64,000 nucleotides of DNA from an uncultured Coriobacteriaceae bacterium (GCA_900544655.1 UQWE01000001.1:119636-183635), one strand, 5' to 3'; positions 1 to 10,524 are shown, counted from the first letter of the stretch. Program-made: numbers and translations. The notes: generated by a model from the letters alone, not told the origin.

Positions 1-1733
1 GCGTCCTCGAGGGCATGCGCAAGGGCAAAGAAGTCATCAGGAGCAGTCACGGAACCGGCGGAAACGGCGGCAACGGTATCAGCGGAGACGCCGTCGTCTC
101 GGACCATCTGCTGCATACGGCCAAGAATGAAGGCGTTGACGTCCGCGGCGACTTTCTCCGCGTCAAATTCGATGCCCTGGTCAGAGAGAGCTTCGAGCGC
201 CGCTGCGACGAGCGGCTCGTAAGAGACGTGTAGACGGTCGCGCAGAATCGTAACGACGCCAATGGCAGCACGACGAAGGGCGTACGGATCCTTCGAACCA
301 GTGGGCGGCTCGCCAATGGCGAACATGCCGGCGATGGTGTCGAGCTTATCGGCAACGGCCACGACGCAGCCGCAAGTACCCTCGGGGAGGTCATCGCCCG
401 CAAAGCGCGGACGGTAGTGGTCGCGAATGCCCTCTGCGACATCCTCGCCCTCGCCGGCAGCAAGAGCGTAGTAGCTGCCCATGACACCCTGCTGACTCGT
501 GAACTCAACGACCGCGGAGCTAACGAGGTCAGCCTTGCAGAGGTGAGCGGCACGAGCGGAGGCCGCCGCCATCTTGGCCCCGATGCGCGCTTCGTGGGTC
601 AGCGCGAGAGCGATGCTCTCGATACGCTCGGACTTGGCGAGCACGCTGCCAAGATCCTTCTGGAAGGCGACCTTAGCAAGGCGCTCGCGGAACTGGTCGA
701 GGGAGATCTTGAGATCCTCCTCGTAGAAGAACTTGGCGTCGTCGAGACGCGGGCGCACAACTCGCTCGTTACCAGAGATGACCGTATCGGAAACGGCGGG
801 ATCAGCGTTCGAGACGATGACGAACTCGCGGGTCAGGTTGCCCTCGGCGTCAAAGATCGGGAAGTAGCGCTGGTTGGAAAGCATGGACTCGCAGATGATC
901 TCGTGCGGGACCTTGAGGAACTCCTCGTCGAACTTACCTACTAGGACCGTCGGCCACTCGCAGAGGTTGACGACCTCGTCGAAGGTCTTCTTGGGGGTTT
1001 CGACCCTACAGCCGGGACGAGCCGCCTCGATGGCGGAAATGCCCTCGCGAATGACCGCCTCGCGCCTCTCTGCTCCAAGAACGTGAGCTGCCTCGAGAAC
1101 GCCCTCGTATGCGAAAGGGTCGCTCACGACGTGCTCGCCGGGAGAAAGAACGCGGTGTCCACGCGTGGTATTGCCGCTCGTGACGTCAGCGTACTTGACG
1201 GGAACGACTTCCTCGCCGAGAAGCGCGCAGATCCAGCGGATCGGACGCACGAAAGATTCGTGCTCGGAGCCCCAACGCTGAGAACGATAGTTGGGCCACT
1301 CGATCTGAGCAATCACGTCATGGCCGAGGGCAGAGAGGATGGGCATGGCGGGGGCAGACGGAACGTTCTTCTCGGCGAAGACGTACTCGTTACCGTCCTC
1401 GGCAACGGCACGAGAAAGCTCAGACGCGTCGATGCCGCACTTGCGAGCAAAGCCCTGGGCGGCCTTCGTGGGATTACCGTCCGCGTCGAAGGCAATCTGC
1501 GTCTTGGGGCCACGGAGGCTCTCGTGAACGGCCTCGGTCTCGGTGGCGACATCAGAGACGATGGCGGCAAGACGACGCGGGCTCGAAATAACTCGAATTT
1601 CACCATGAGCAAGGCCAGCAGCGGCAAGACCGGCGGCAAGAAGCTTGGGAAGCTGTTTGGAGGCGTTGATGAAAGGGGCCGAAGGCATCTCCTCGGTGCC
1701 AATCTCAAGCAGGAAATCCTTGGTAGATGCCAT
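1..1733 (-). CDS. glyS: Glycine--tRNA ligase beta subunit (3' end runs off window)
   Basis: ATG at 1733 reads MASTKDFLLEIGTEEMPSAP (GlyS N-terminal motif LLEIGTEExP); same frame still reads as plausible protein at the window edge; follows glyQ directly. Absent from ORF track, presumably because it has no stop in the window. Confidence 0.93.
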   Translation of the reverse strand, partial: MASTKDFLLEIGTEEMPSAPFINASKQLPKLLAAGLAAAGLAHGEIRVISSPRRLAAIVSDVATETEAVHESLRGPKTQIAFDADGNPTKAAQGFARKCGIDASELSRAVAEDGNEYVFAEKNVPSAPAMPILSALGHDVIAQIEWPNYRSQRWGSEHESFVRPIRWICALLGEEVVPVKYADVTSGNTTRGHRVLSPGEHVVSDPFAYEGVLEAAHVLGAERREAVIREGISAIEAARPGCRVETPKKTFDEVVNLCEWPTVLVGKFDEEFLKVPHEIICESMLSNQRYFPIFDAEGNLTREFVIVSNADPAVSDTVISGNERVVRPRLDDAKFFYEEDLKISLDQFRERLAKVAFQKDLGSVLAKSERIESIALALTHEARIGAKMAAASARAAHLCKADLVSSAVVEFTSQQGVMGSYYALAAGEGEDVAEGIRDHYRPRFAGDDLPEGTCGCVVAVADKLDTIAGMFAIGEPPTGSKDPYALRRAAIGVVTILRDRLHVSYEPLVAAALEALSDQGIEFDAEKVAADVNAFILGRMQQMVRDDGVSADTVAAVSAGSVTAPDDFFALAHALED

Positions 1734-2645
1734 TTAAGCCACCTGGCCCTTCGTGGAGTAAGAGTCCTTCTTGCCCGCGACCTCGGCGAGATAGCTCTCG
1801 CAGCAGGCCTTGGCAACAGCACGGACCCTCAGGATGTAGTTAGCACGCTCGGTCGCGGAAATAGCACCACGGGCATCGAGAATGTTAAAGGCATGGCTGC
1901 ACTTCATGACGCAGTCATACGCGGGAAGCGGGAGCTTGCGCTCGAGGCAGGAGTGGCACTCCTTCTCATACTCGTCAAACTTGCGACGCATCATGTCAAC
2001 GTCGGCAACCTCGAAGTTGTACGTCGAGAACTCGACCTCGTTCTCATGGAAGACGTCACCGTAGGTCATGGGCGTACCGTCAGGCAGGTAGCTCCAGACG
2101 AGGTCATAGACAGAATCGACGCCCTGGGCATACATGGCGATGCGCTCGAGGCCATAGGTGATCTCGACAGGAACGGGATCTACCTCGATTCCGCCAACCT
2201 GCTGGAAGTACGTGTACTGGGTGACCTCCATGCCGTCCATCCAGACCTCCCAGCCGAGACCCCAGGCGCCCAGGGTCGGGCTCTCCCAGTCATCCTCGAC
2301 GAAGCGGACGTCGTGCTCGGCGGGGTCAAGGCCAATCGCCTTAAGCGAGCCCAGATAGAGATCCTGGGAATCAACAGGGCAGGGCTTCAGGATGACCTGG
2401 AACTGATAATAGTGCTGCATGCGATTGGGGTTCTCGCCATAACGGCCGTCTGCCGGACGACGGCACGGCTGCGGATAGCAGGTGCGCCAGGCGTTGGGGC
2501 CAAGACTACGAAGAGTAGTGGCAGTGTGAAACGTACCAGCACCGACCTCCGAGTCATACGGCTGCATGACGGTGCAACCCTTATCAGCCCAATAGTGCTC
2601 GAGGGCAAGAATCATGTCTTGGAACGTGAGGGCGTTGTCTTTCAT
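1734..2645 (-). CDS. glyQ: Glycine--tRNA ligase alpha subunit
   Basis: [13 protein letters not shown]...EVGAGTFH...[10 protein letters not shown]...[17 protein letters not shown]...ITYGLER; AGGAGAGG RBS before ATG 2645. Confidence 0.97.
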   Translation of the reverse strand: MKDNALTFQDMILALEHYWADKGCTVMQPYDSEVGAGTFHTATTLRSLGPNAWRTCYPQPCRRPADGRYGENPNRMQHYYQFQVILKPCPVDSQDLYLGSLKAIGLDPAEHDVRFVEDDWESPTLGAWGLGWEVWMDGMEVTQYTYFQQVGGIEVDPVPVEITYGLERIAMYAQGVDSVYDLVWSYLPDGTPMTYGDVFHENEVEFSTYNFEVADVDMMRRKFDEYEKECHSCLERKLPLPAYDCVMKCSHAFNILDARGAISATERANYILRVRAVAKACCESYLAEVAGKKDSYSTKGQVA

Positions 2646-2700
2646 GCCTCTCCTACCTTCCTTGATTAACGGGGCTTTCGCCCGATACGTGCCACAACTG

Positions 2701-3270
2701 CTAGATGGTACCAACATGCTCCGGAGGCCAAAAGACGAAGACGGCCTTTGACGTAACGTTGGAAACAGGAATCGCTCCAAAGTAACGCGAATCCTGCGAG
2801 TTGGTTCGATTATCGCCCATGACCCAGATATGACCCGCGGGCACCGTGTAGGGATACGTGATGGCGCTCGAAAGCGAGGAAGACTGGGCAGGCAAAGGGT
2901 AGCTAGGCTTTCCGTCCGTATAATCCTCAGAAAGCTCGGTGCCATCAACGTAGACCTTACCGTCTACGAGGTTGACGGTCTGCCCCTCCGTGGCGATAAC
3001 GCGCTTGATAAGCGTGAGAGAAGGGTCATCCGGATCCTTAAAAGTGACGATATCGCCAGCCTGGGGCAATGAGCTGCGATAGGCGAGCTTCTCCCCCACC
3101 AGACGGTCCCCAACCATGAGAGTGTCCGTCATGGAGGCGGATGGGATGATGAAGGGTTCTGCCACGTACGCTCGAACCAGCAGAGCGACAACGAGAGCAA
3201 GGCCGGCAAAGGCCACGAGCTCGATGAAGTCTCTAGCTGCGTTGCTATTTCCGTGAGCTGCGCGTGGCAT
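2701..3270 (-). CDS. lepB: Signal peptidase I
   Basis: N-terminal TM, IPSASM (catalytic Ser), LIKRVIA (catalytic Lys), [15 protein letters not shown] box. Confidence 0.95.
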   Translation of the reverse strand: MPRAAHGNSNAARDFIELVAFAGLALVVALLVRAYVAEPFIIPSASMTDTLMVGDRLVGEKLAYRSSLPQAGDIVTFKDPDDPSLTLIKRVIATEGQTVNLVDGKVYVDGTELSEDYTDGKPSYPLPAQSSSLSSAITYPYTVPAGHIWVMGDNRTNSQDSRYFGAIPVSNVTSKAVFVFWPPEHVGTI

Positions 3271-4026
3271 CTACTCGGCTTCCCCTTCTGGCTCGACTTG
3301 CAACATAATCCCATGCGCGAACTCGCGCTCGTCATCAGTGATATTGGCCGATTCAAGAAGATCAGGCCTCAACCTCGCCGTGCGCTCGATTGCGTTCCTG
3401 CGTCTCCATGCGTTCACTTGCGCGTGATCACCGGAGAGAAGCACTTCGGGCACAGCCATACCATCATAGTCCGCGGGGCGGGTGTATTGAGCATACTCGA
3501 GAAGGCCGTCGTCCGAGAAGGACTCGTCTTGCGGGCTCATCTCGTCTCCGAGGGCCCCGGGAAGAAGGCGCACAATCGCGTCCGTTACGACCATGGCGGG
3601 AAGTTCGCCGCCAGTCAGAACGTAATCACCGAGGGAAAGGGTCTCGTCGGCAAGCGAATACACGCGCTCATCCATACCCTCATAACGACCGCACACGAAG
3701 ATCAGACGATCCTCACGGGAGAGACGCTCGGCCTCTCGCTGCGTGAATGGAGTGCCGACAGGCGTGAAGAAGATGACTCGCGCGGGACGATCGTCAGAAG
3801 CCTTAATGGCGTTAACGGCTTCGAATATCGGCGCGGGCTTCATGAGCATGCCCTGACCACCGCCAAATGGCGCGTCATCGACCGTACGATGGCGATCGTG
3901 CGTCCAGTCGCGAAGATCATGAGCTCGGAACTCGAAAATGCCCTTCTTTTGAGCACGTCCCATGATCGAGGCGCCAAGGTAGGCGTCAAAAACGCCCGGA
4001 AATACGGAGAGGGTTTCGATTAGCAC
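3271..4026 (-). CDS. trmD: tRNA (guanine37-N1)-methyltransferase
   Basis: VDDAPFGGGQGMLMK, CGRYEGMDER, SLGDYVLTGGE; GTG start at 4026 just after the rimM stop. Confidence 0.96.
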   Translation of the reverse strand: MLIETLSVFPGVFDAYLGASIMGRAQKKGIFEFRAHDLRDWTHDRHRTVDDAPFGGGQGMLMKPAPIFEAVNAIKASDDRPARVIFFTPVGTPFTQREAERLSREDRLIFVCGRYEGMDERVYSLADETLSLGDYVLTGGELPAMVVTDAIVRLLPGALGDEMSPQDESFSDDGLLEYAQYTRPADYDGMAVPEVLLSGDHAQVNAWRRRNAIERTARLRPDLLESANITDDEREFAHGIMLQVEPEGEAE

Positions 4027-4027
4027 G

Positions 4028-4564
4028 CTAATTCCTCCCCTCGCCCGTATCCCAAGGCGCGAGACCGGTGGGGATAGAAACGCCAATGGGCGAATCCCCC
4101 GGCTCGAAATCGACAATCATCTCTTCCACAACGGGAATGAGAGTTTCCCCGCGCTCGCCATCGACGACCCATACGTCATTCGCAGGGCCGGACATCACCT
4201 CGGTGATACGCCCGAGCTCGCTGAGACGTTCGTCAACAACGAGACGCCCTACGAGCTGATAAGGATCATGAACGGCAAAGTCCGCGGGAAGGTCAGCCTC
4301 GGAGGCAAGAAACCACTTGCCAGCGAGCTCACGGGCGGCTCCTAGATCGTTGATACCCGACAAAGAGACAAGCTGACCCGTGGGCGAGGTCTCCACGTCG
4401 CCCACGACATGCCATCTCGAACCCTTAAGGGCCGGAGGCACGATAGCGACGCGGAGTCCCTCGTCCAAAACAGGAGGAAGGCCGCTCGCGGGAACCGCAA
4501 CGACCTCCCCCTTTGTCCCGTGCGATTTTGCAACACGGGCTATGAGCCTATATCCGGCTGCCAC
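4028..4564 (-). CDS. rimM: 16S rRNA processing protein RimM
   Basis: IARVAKSHGTKGEV N-domain; PRC barrel GPANDVWVV...LIPVV; position between khpA and trmD. Confidence 0.9.
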   Translation of the reverse strand: MAAGYRLIARVAKSHGTKGEVVAVPASGLPPVLDEGLRVAIVPPALKGSRWHVVGDVETSPTGQLVSLSGINDLGAARELAGKWFLASEADLPADFAVHDPYQLVGRLVVDERLSELGRITEVMSGPANDVWVVDGERGETLIPVVEEMIVDFEPGDSPIGVSIPTGLAPWDTGEGRN

Positions 4565-4567
4565 GAT

Positions 4568-4864
4568 CTAGCCAAGAACCTCGACGTCGACAGACGTGTC
4601 AACACGCTGTCCAAGAGCACGAGCAATGGTTCGAATGGCCTTGATCTGACGACCGTGCCGGCCAATGACCTTGCCGGCATCATCTGCTGCGCACTCGATT
4701 TCGATGAGCGTGCCGTCCTCGCGGTCGGTCACGTCAAGAGAAACCGCGTCCTCGTCATCGACGAGACCGCAAACAATGAGCTCGACAAGATCGGCGATGC
4801 GGTCGCTCGGCAGCTCCTCAGAGGCCACCTGGGCCTCCTCGAACGGCTGAGTCTCGGCATCCAT
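4568..4864 (-). CDS. khpA: KH-domain RNA-binding protein (KhpA/YlqC family)
   Basis: DAGKVIGRHGRQIKAIR KH motif; conserved position after rpsP. Confidence 0.9.
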   Translation of the reverse strand: MDAETQPFEEAQVASEELPSDRIADLVELIVCGLVDDEDAVSLDVTDREDGTLIEIECAADDAGKVIGRHGRQIKAIRTIARALGQRVDTSVDVEVLG

Positions 4865-4866
4865 GG

Positions 4867-5193
4867 CTACTCGGCGTTCTCGGCCTCGGCGGCAGCGGCA
4901 TCCTTGGCGATCTGCTTCTTGGACTTCTTGACCTTCTTCTCAGGGGCAACGTCGCCGGTGCGAACGATGTCGATGAGGTGGGCGACGGCGCTGGAGGGCT
5001 GGGCACCCTTGGCAACCCACTCGTCGATCTTCTCAAGATCGAGGGTGATGGTCTTCGGGGTGGTCAGCGGGTTGAAGCGGCCGACCTCCTCGATGTGACG
5101 ACCGTCACGCGGCATGCGGCTATCGGCGACGACGACACGGTAGTACGGGCGCTTCTTGGCACCGAAACGGGCCAGGCGGATCTTGACTGCCAA
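4867..5193 (-). CDS. rpsP: 30S ribosomal protein S16
   Basis: [34 protein letters not shown] start at 5193 after AAGGAGGAG. Confidence 0.97.
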   Translation of the reverse strand: MAVKIRLARFGAKKRPYYRVVVADSRMPRDGRHIEEVGRFNPLTTPKTITLDLEKIDEWVAKGAQPSSAVAHLIDIVRTGDVAPEKKVKKSKKQIAKDAAAAEAENAE

Positions 5194-5377
5194 AGGTAAC
5201 TCCTCCTTACGTGCGACGCGAGCAGAGTTGGCGTGGCGTCGCAAAACCAAACAAGCGATTTCTGATAATACGACAAAGTGCAGGAAGTTTGTAGTGGAAT
5301 CATGGGTTTTAGGCAACCGAGCGCTGTCTGGCCCCATCGAAGGCGATACGTGAGGATTGCGTGACGCTTGCCAGGCT

Positions 5378-5404
5378 TTCAGGAAGCTTCAGGCTCGCTT
5401 CAGC
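5378..5404 (+). promoter_or_regulatory. Putative OmpR-family operator (direct repeats TTCAGG-N4-TTCAGG-N5-TTCAGC)
   Basis: Three hexamer repeats with 10-11 bp period, 40 bp upstream of the response regulator. Confidence 0.5.
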
Positions 5405-5443
5405 CTCATTCATAGAATGAGTCTAATCGCGAAAGGGGTCAGA

Positions 5444-6121
5444 ATGAACATCCTTGTTGTGGAAGACGAGAGAAACCTCGCAGACGCCATTTGCCATATT
5501 CTTGAAGGCGACGGCTATCACACAGACGCTGCCTATGACGGCAGGAGTGGCCTGACCTACGCTCGAAGCGGCAACTACGACGCCGCAATTCTAGACGTTA
5601 TGCTTCCTGGGCTCGATGGATTCGGAATCGTCAAGGAACTCCGCAGCGAAGGCAATTCCCTGCCCATCATGATGCTGACAGCAAGGACCTCGACCACCGA
5701 TAAGGTCGACGGCCTCAATCTTGGTGCCGATGACTATATGACGAAGCCGTTCGAAACTGCGGAGCTACTTGCGCGCACGCGCGCCCTAACCCGTCGCCAG
5801 GGCGAAGTGATTATCAACCAGCTCACATTCGCCGACCTCAAACTAGACCTCAACACGCACGAACTGTCTTCAAACGAACGTCACGTTCATCTTTCTCAAA
5901 AGGAATTCGAAGTAATGCGCCTGCTCATGAGCACGCCTGGCAGAATCGTGTCAAAGCAGGATCTCCTCACGCGCGTATGGGGAACCGACGGAGAAACGAG
6001 CGAGAACTCCGTCGAAGCTTACGTGAGCTTCCTGAGGAAGAAGATCTCCCACGTAAAGAGCCCGGTTCAGATCACGACGCTTCGCATGCTTGGCTATAGA
6101 CTTGAGGTCACGGAAGCCTAA
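5444..6121 (+). CDS. OmpR/PhoB-family response regulator (CiaR-like)
   Basis: ILVVEDE...ILDVMLPGLDG...MLTAR...GADDYMTKPF receiver; winged helix VEAYVSFLRKK...LRMLGY. Confidence 0.95.
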   Translation: MNILVVEDERNLADAICHILEGDGYHTDAAYDGRSGLTYARSGNYDAAILDVMLPGLDGFGIVKELRSEGNSLPIMMLTARTSTTDKVDGLNLGADDYMTKPFETAELLARTRALTRRQGEVIINQLTFADLKLDLNTHELSSNERHVHLSQKEFEVMRLLMSTPGRIVSKQDLLTRVWGTDGETSENSVEAYVSFLRKKISHVKSPVQITTLRMLGYRLEVTEA

Positions 6122-6229
6122 GACGGCGGCAGCCTCGGCCCCGGTGTTCAGTCGCACGACGCGCGACCCTCGCGTAGCGGATGAACTCACGCAGAACGCT
6201 CCGAGTGACAAGAATTGACAGGATGGCCC

Positions 6230-7462
6230 ATGCTTAAGCGGCTTCGCATACGACTCGTCGCAATCATCGTCGGTCTCGTGGGGGCGGTTTACCTGTGCAT
6301 GGTAGCCCTCACGTATATGAGCTCAGAAGCCTCCCTGAATACGCTCGTGGACCATTCACTCGCGGACGTCCTGCAAGAGCGTACCGGCTTTGATGCCGGC
6401 GTGGGGTCCGATGAGCCGTTGGGCATGGACCGACTTCCCGTCATCTGGGTTGACATAGCGTCGGGCGGCTTCGTCCTGGGAACGAATCAGGAGCAGGTGT
6501 CGATTGACGCGGACCTACTCAGAGAAACCGTCGCCAACGCTTTGGAATCTGGCCAAACATCCGGCAAGGATAAAACCAATCACATAAGCTGGCGAATGAG
6601 CTCCTCCAAATTCGGATGGAGAATCGCCATCGCAGACACCTCGAGCGTTGATGAGGAGATTTCGACTCAGCTCATAAGGTCGCTCGAGCTTGGAGCCGGC
6701 GGCATCGTCGCAATCGTTCTTATTGCTTTACTCCTATCCCATTGGGCGCTTAAGCCTGTGAAGCGCGCCTGGGAGCAGCAGAGACAATTCGTGGCGGACG
6801 CTTCCCACGAGCTAAAAACGCCACTTTCGGTCATCCTCGCGAACACCCAAATCCTCATGAATGACGAGTCGAAAATTCCGGAAGAGTCTCGACGCTGGAT
6901 ACGGGGGACATCAGACGAGGCAGAGCGTATGCGTGGCCTCGTGGAAGAGCTTCTCGAGCTCGCGAGAACCGAAGGCGGTGCCAGCAGTGCAAGGGCGAAC
7001 GCTCCCGTCGACCTAAGTTCGCTTGTCGAGGGAGATGCCTTGCAATTCGATGCCGTTGCCTACGAACGCGGCTGCGGAATCGAAACGAATGTCGTCGACG
7101 GCATTTCGGTCCTGGGAGACCAGGATCAACTCAATCGTATGTTAAAGACTCTCATCGACAACGCTTGCAAATATGCGGCCCGCGGCACTCAGGTCAAAGT
7201 AACGCTTGAAAAGAACGGCTCGCATGCCCTCTTTGTCGTGACAAACCAAGGCGAGCCCATTCCCGAAGAAGACCTGCCCCACGTATTCGACCGCTTCTGG
7301 CGATCAGACAAGGCCCGCGCGAGGTCAACGGGAGGCTATGGCCTTGGCCTGGCAATCGCGAAGGGCATTACGGAGTCACATGGTGGCAAAATATGGGCGA
7401 CGAGCGACGACGTGCAAGGCACGAGCTTCTATGTGAAGCTGCCGATTAACGAAAGGGCTTGA
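6230..7462 (+). CDS. Membrane sensor histidine kinase (CiaH-like)
   Basis: Two TM segments, H-box FVADASHELKTPL, N-box LIDNACKY, G-box GGYGLGLAIAK. Confidence 0.95.
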   Translation: MLKRLRIRLVAIIVGLVGAVYLCMVALTYMSSEASLNTLVDHSLADVLQERTGFDAGVGSDEPLGMDRLPVIWVDIASGGFVLGTNQEQVSIDADLLRETVANALESGQTSGKDKTNHISWRMSSSKFGWRIAIADTSSVDEEISTQLIRSLELGAGGIVAIVLIALLLSHWALKPVKRAWEQQRQFVADASHELKTPLSVILANTQILMNDESKIPEESRRWIRGTSDEAERMRGLVEELLELARTEGGASSARANAPVDLSSLVEGDALQFDAVAYERGCGIETNVVDGISVLGDQDQLNRMLKTLIDNACKYAARGTQVKVTLEKNGSHALFVVTNQGEPIPEEDLPHVFDRFWRSDKARARSTGGYGLGLAIAKGITESHGGKIWATSDDVQGTSFYVKLPINERA

Positions 7463-7463
7463 T

Positions 7464-8726
7464 ATGGAGCCTGCCGCAAAAGCCCTCTCAGTCCCCTGGA
7501 ACGGCCCCGCGATTGGCCTCCTCGACCTTGACGCCTTCTTTGCGAGCGTCGAACAGCTTGACCATCCCGAATGGCGAGGCAAGCCCGTCATTGTAGGCGG
7601 CGACGCCGATCGCCGCGGAGTGGTTTCGACGGCCTCATACGAAGCCAGGAAATATGGCGTTCATTCTGCCATGCCCGCGGCGACAGCACGGCGCCTCTGC
7701 CCAGACGCCATTTGGACGCACGGAAGTTTCTCGCGATATCGCCAGGTCAGCAATCTCGTCATGGATATCCTCGTGGACGAGACTCCGTTGGTGGAGCAAG
7801 TCTCGATCGACGAGGCGTTCTTCGACATAACGCCTGGACGCTATTCCAAGGAAAGCCCCATCGATATCTGCAGACGCATTCAGAAGCGCGTGGCCTCCCT
7901 TGGAGTCACGTGCTCCATTGGCATAGGCGTCTGCAAGACCGTGGCAAAAATCGCCTCGGAAATGGAGAAGCCCCGAGGGCTCACCGTCGTGATCCCAGGT
8001 ACGGAGGCGGGATTCCTCGCTCCCCTACCTGTGCGTTCAATGAGCGGGATTGGGCCATCGGGCGAGGCGAAGCTCATTCGCATGGGAATCAAGACACTTG
8101 GCCAGCTCGCCGTCGCAGACCCCTCTCTGCTCGAACGGGAGCTCGGATCTCTGGGAGTAACGCTCCGCGAGCGTGCCGCGGGAGCTGAACGCTCCCGAGT
8201 TGGCGAACGTGCCGTTGAAGAAGATCCGAAGTCCATTTCAAACGAAAGGACCTTCGCAACAGACCTGACGAGAAAGGACGAGATCCTCCCCTCACTCGAC
8301 GCACTTTGCGCAATGGTAGCAAGGAGGCTGAGAAGAAAGGGCCTCGCGGGCTCAACCCTCACGGTCAAGATCAAGAATACTGCCCTAAGCTCGCGCTCCG
8401 CCCAGTCGAAGCTGTCGGAGCCGACGGATGACGAAAGCGTGATGTCTCCCGTCGCACGAGAGCTGGTAAGGCAGCTCTGGAGCGAGGGCGACCCCGTTCG
8501 CCTCCTGGGAGTGGGCATCTCCAACTTCATGGAACAGGGCCCCCAACAGCTTGACCTGTTCGAGGACCCCGAGGTTGAACGCCGCAAGTCTGCGATGCGG
8601 AAGCTCCACGTGGCAACGGACGCTCTCAAAGAGCGATTTGGCGACGAAGCGGTGGCCTTTGGAAGAGAGATGAAACTCAAAGGAGCCACAACGAACACGC
8701 AGCCCCAGCACAAAGAGGATGACTAG
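7464..8726 (+). CDS. dinB: DNA polymerase IV (Y family)
   Basis: LDLDAFFASVE, GVVSTASYEAR, SIDEAF, KSISNERTF, VRLLGVG motifs. Confidence 0.95.
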   Translation: MEPAAKALSVPWNGPAIGLLDLDAFFASVEQLDHPEWRGKPVIVGGDADRRGVVSTASYEARKYGVHSAMPAATARRLCPDAIWTHGSFSRYRQVSNLVMDILVDETPLVEQVSIDEAFFDITPGRYSKESPIDICRRIQKRVASLGVTCSIGIGVCKTVAKIASEMEKPRGLTVVIPGTEAGFLAPLPVRSMSGIGPSGEAKLIRMGIKTLGQLAVADPSLLERELGSLGVTLRERAAGAERSRVGERAVEEDPKSISNERTFATDLTRKDEILPSLDALCAMVARRLRRKGLAGSTLTVKIKNTALSSRSAQSKLSEPTDDESVMSPVARELVRQLWSEGDPVRLLGVGISNFMEQGPQQLDLFEDPEVERRKSAMRKLHVATDALKERFGDEAVAFGREMKLKGATTNTQPQHKEDD

Positions 8727-9088
8727 TCCTCCAAGGCGAGCTCGAAGCGCGGCGCGTCTCCCCAAAGGTGCTCGATGCGGTAATAGTCCCTTGCCTCGGG
8801 AGAGAAGACGTGCACGATAACCGTGCCGTAATCCATAAGAATCCAGCGGCCATCGGCCCTTCCCTCGATTGAGATGGGGCTAAGGCCAAAGGCGGCGTGA
8901 ATGCGTTCCTCGACCTCGTCAACCACGGAGTCCGCAAGACGAGCGTTTGCGCCGGTGCAGATGACGACGGCGTCGCATACGTCAGAGATGCCGACAAGAT
9001 CGATGGCAACGATGTCATCGGCCTTCTTCGCGTCAGCGGCGGAAACTGCGACATTGACGAGGTCGCGAGAATTAAAGTCAGTCGACAT
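8723..9088 (-). CDS. rsfS: Ribosome silencing factor RsfS (Iojap)
   Basis: KKADDIVAIDL...WILMDYGTVIVHVF...RDYYRIEHLWGDAP. Confidence 0.95.
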   Translation of the reverse strand: MSTDFNSRDLVNVAVSAADAKKADDIVAIDLVGISDVCDAVVICTGANARLADSVVDEVEERIHAAFGLSPISIEGRADGRWILMDYGTVIVHVFSPEARDYYRIEHLWGDAPRFELALED

Positions 9089-9097
9089 GAATCTCCT

Positions 9098-9772
9098 TTA
9101 GTTGGCCGCGCGCGAAAGCACGAAGTCGTTGTAGATGTTGAGAGTTCCAGGATAGAGATAGCGCCTCGTGTCTATGACGTAGGACACTCCGTCTGCGAAG
9201 CTCTCCCAGAAAAGGTCAGGGAGGGATAACGAACCCGCATGGTTGCGCTGCGAGACTATCGCGGAGGCGTTCTTGCGGAACGGCTCTATGCCGTCGGCAA
9301 CGAAAATGACCATGTCGAGGGGGCTCATATGCGAGTCTCCAAGCGTATGGCGCTCGATTGCCTGTAAAACCTCACTCGAGAGCTCAGGAAAAATGCCAGG
9401 AAGCTCACGGGCGGCGACCATTCCGTGCAGAACCGGCTCAACGAGAGAATAGTCGACGCCAAGATCGATGCCGAGGGCAGAGGCCCTGTCCAAGAGCACA
9501 TTCTTTGGAAGTCCCTTAGACCAGTCGTGGAGAATGCCGGCCACTCTGGCCGGATACGGGTCGACGCCATAGGCGAGAGCAAGTCGCTCGGCGACAAGAC
9601 CCACCGAAAGAGAATGCGAGAGGCGCTTGGGCTTCCTTTCGAGTTGCTTCGCAAGCGCCGCTTCGTAGCTGTCGATGGCGACGATCTCGGCATCACTGTA
9701 CGCTGGAAGCTTCTTTGGAAGCCAGGAGACGTCTAGACCTTTCCATAGCTTGCAATCGTTCTTCTTACTCAT
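9098..9772 (-). CDS. yqeK: HD-domain Ap4A hydrolase (YqeK family)
   Basis: RLSHSLSV...AGILHDWSK...LHG...HTLG...IFVADGIEP; between nadD and rsfS. Confidence 0.88.
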   Translation of the reverse strand: MSKKNDCKLWKGLDVSWLPKKLPAYSDAEIVAIDSYEAALAKQLERKPKRLSHSLSVGLVAERLALAYGVDPYPARVAGILHDWSKGLPKNVLLDRASALGIDLGVDYSLVEPVLHGMVAARELPGIFPELSSEVLQAIERHTLGDSHMSPLDMVIFVADGIEPFRKNASAIVSQRNHAGSLSLPDLFWESFADGVSYVIDTRRYLYPGTLNIYNDFVLSRAAN

Positions 9773-10524
9773 GCGCCCTCCGTGCTCATGCCACCCATGA
9801 GACCCAAGGCATCAGGTGCCACGTATGGTGCTCGCGCCGCTTCATACAGGTGGCGCTTTTCGATATAGCCGACGACGGAATCGCTCGTCAGGTAGCGAAG
9901 CGACTGACCCGCTGCAACTCGAGAGCGAAGATCACTCGAAGAAATCGCAAGCGCTGGAACCTCAAGATAATGCACCAAGAAGCGGATCCCGGATTCCGCG
10001 AGGCTCGCCCTCGCGTGCTCGAGATCATAGCCAGGACGAGTGGCGCCAACCAAATGCGCAAGGGACGCGATGCGATCGGCATCATGCCAGCTCAGGATGT
10101 CGCTGATAGCATCCGCGCCCGTGATGAAATAGATCTCCACGTTATTGGGATAGTGATTCCTCAATAGCTCCAGGGTATCTACGGTGTAGGTAATGCCGGG
10201 TCTATCAACCTCAAGTCTGCTCACGAGAAAGCGAGGATTATCCGCAGTTGCCAGCAGCGTCATGGCGTGACGATCCTCAGCGCTCGAGACATGCCTGTCT
10301 TGCTTAAAAGCAGGACTTCCAGCCGGCACGAACACGACAAGGTCGAGGTTGAGGTCATGGGCCGCCTGCTCGGCAGCAACAAGGTGCCCATTGTGGATGG
10401 GATCGAATGTACCGCCCATAACGCCAAGGCGATACGTGCGCGAGGAGTCCCTTCCCAACGCGGGAAGGTCCGAGACGAGCTTGGCGGCGACGTCGCCAGG
10501 AAGAGCTTCCTTGCCCGCAGACAT
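9769..10524 (-). CDS. nadD: Nicotinate-nucleotide adenylyltransferase
   Basis: GVMGGTFDPIHNGHL, TYTVDTL, FITGAD, ISSSDLR. Confidence 0.96.
   Translation of the reverse strand: MSAGKEALPGDVAAKLVSDLPALGRDSSRTYRLGVMGGTFDPIHNGHLVAAEQAAHDLNLDLVVFVPAGSPAFKQDRHVSSAEDRHAMTLLATADNPRFLVSRLEVDRPGITYTVDTLELLRNHYPNNVEIYFITGADAISDILSWHDADRIASLAHLVGATRPGYDLEHARASLAESGIRFLVHYLEVPALAISSSDLRSRVAAGQSLRYLTSDSVVGYIEKRHLYEAARAPYVAPDALGLMGGMSTEGA

Noticed and set aside
1083..2669. 528-aa plus-strand ORF and similar long ORFs (10602-12326, 17586-18950, 25366-27156, 29111-30508, 41579-43000, 55452-56888)
   Set aside because: Antisense shadows of well-supported genes; high GC3 suppresses stops on the opposite strand; no recognisable motifs.
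2646..2700. Possible glyQS T-box
   Set aside because: Only a 55-bp gap with one small hairpin.
8723..8726. dinB and rsfS stop codons sharing CTAG
   Set aside because: Ordinary 4-bp convergent overlap.
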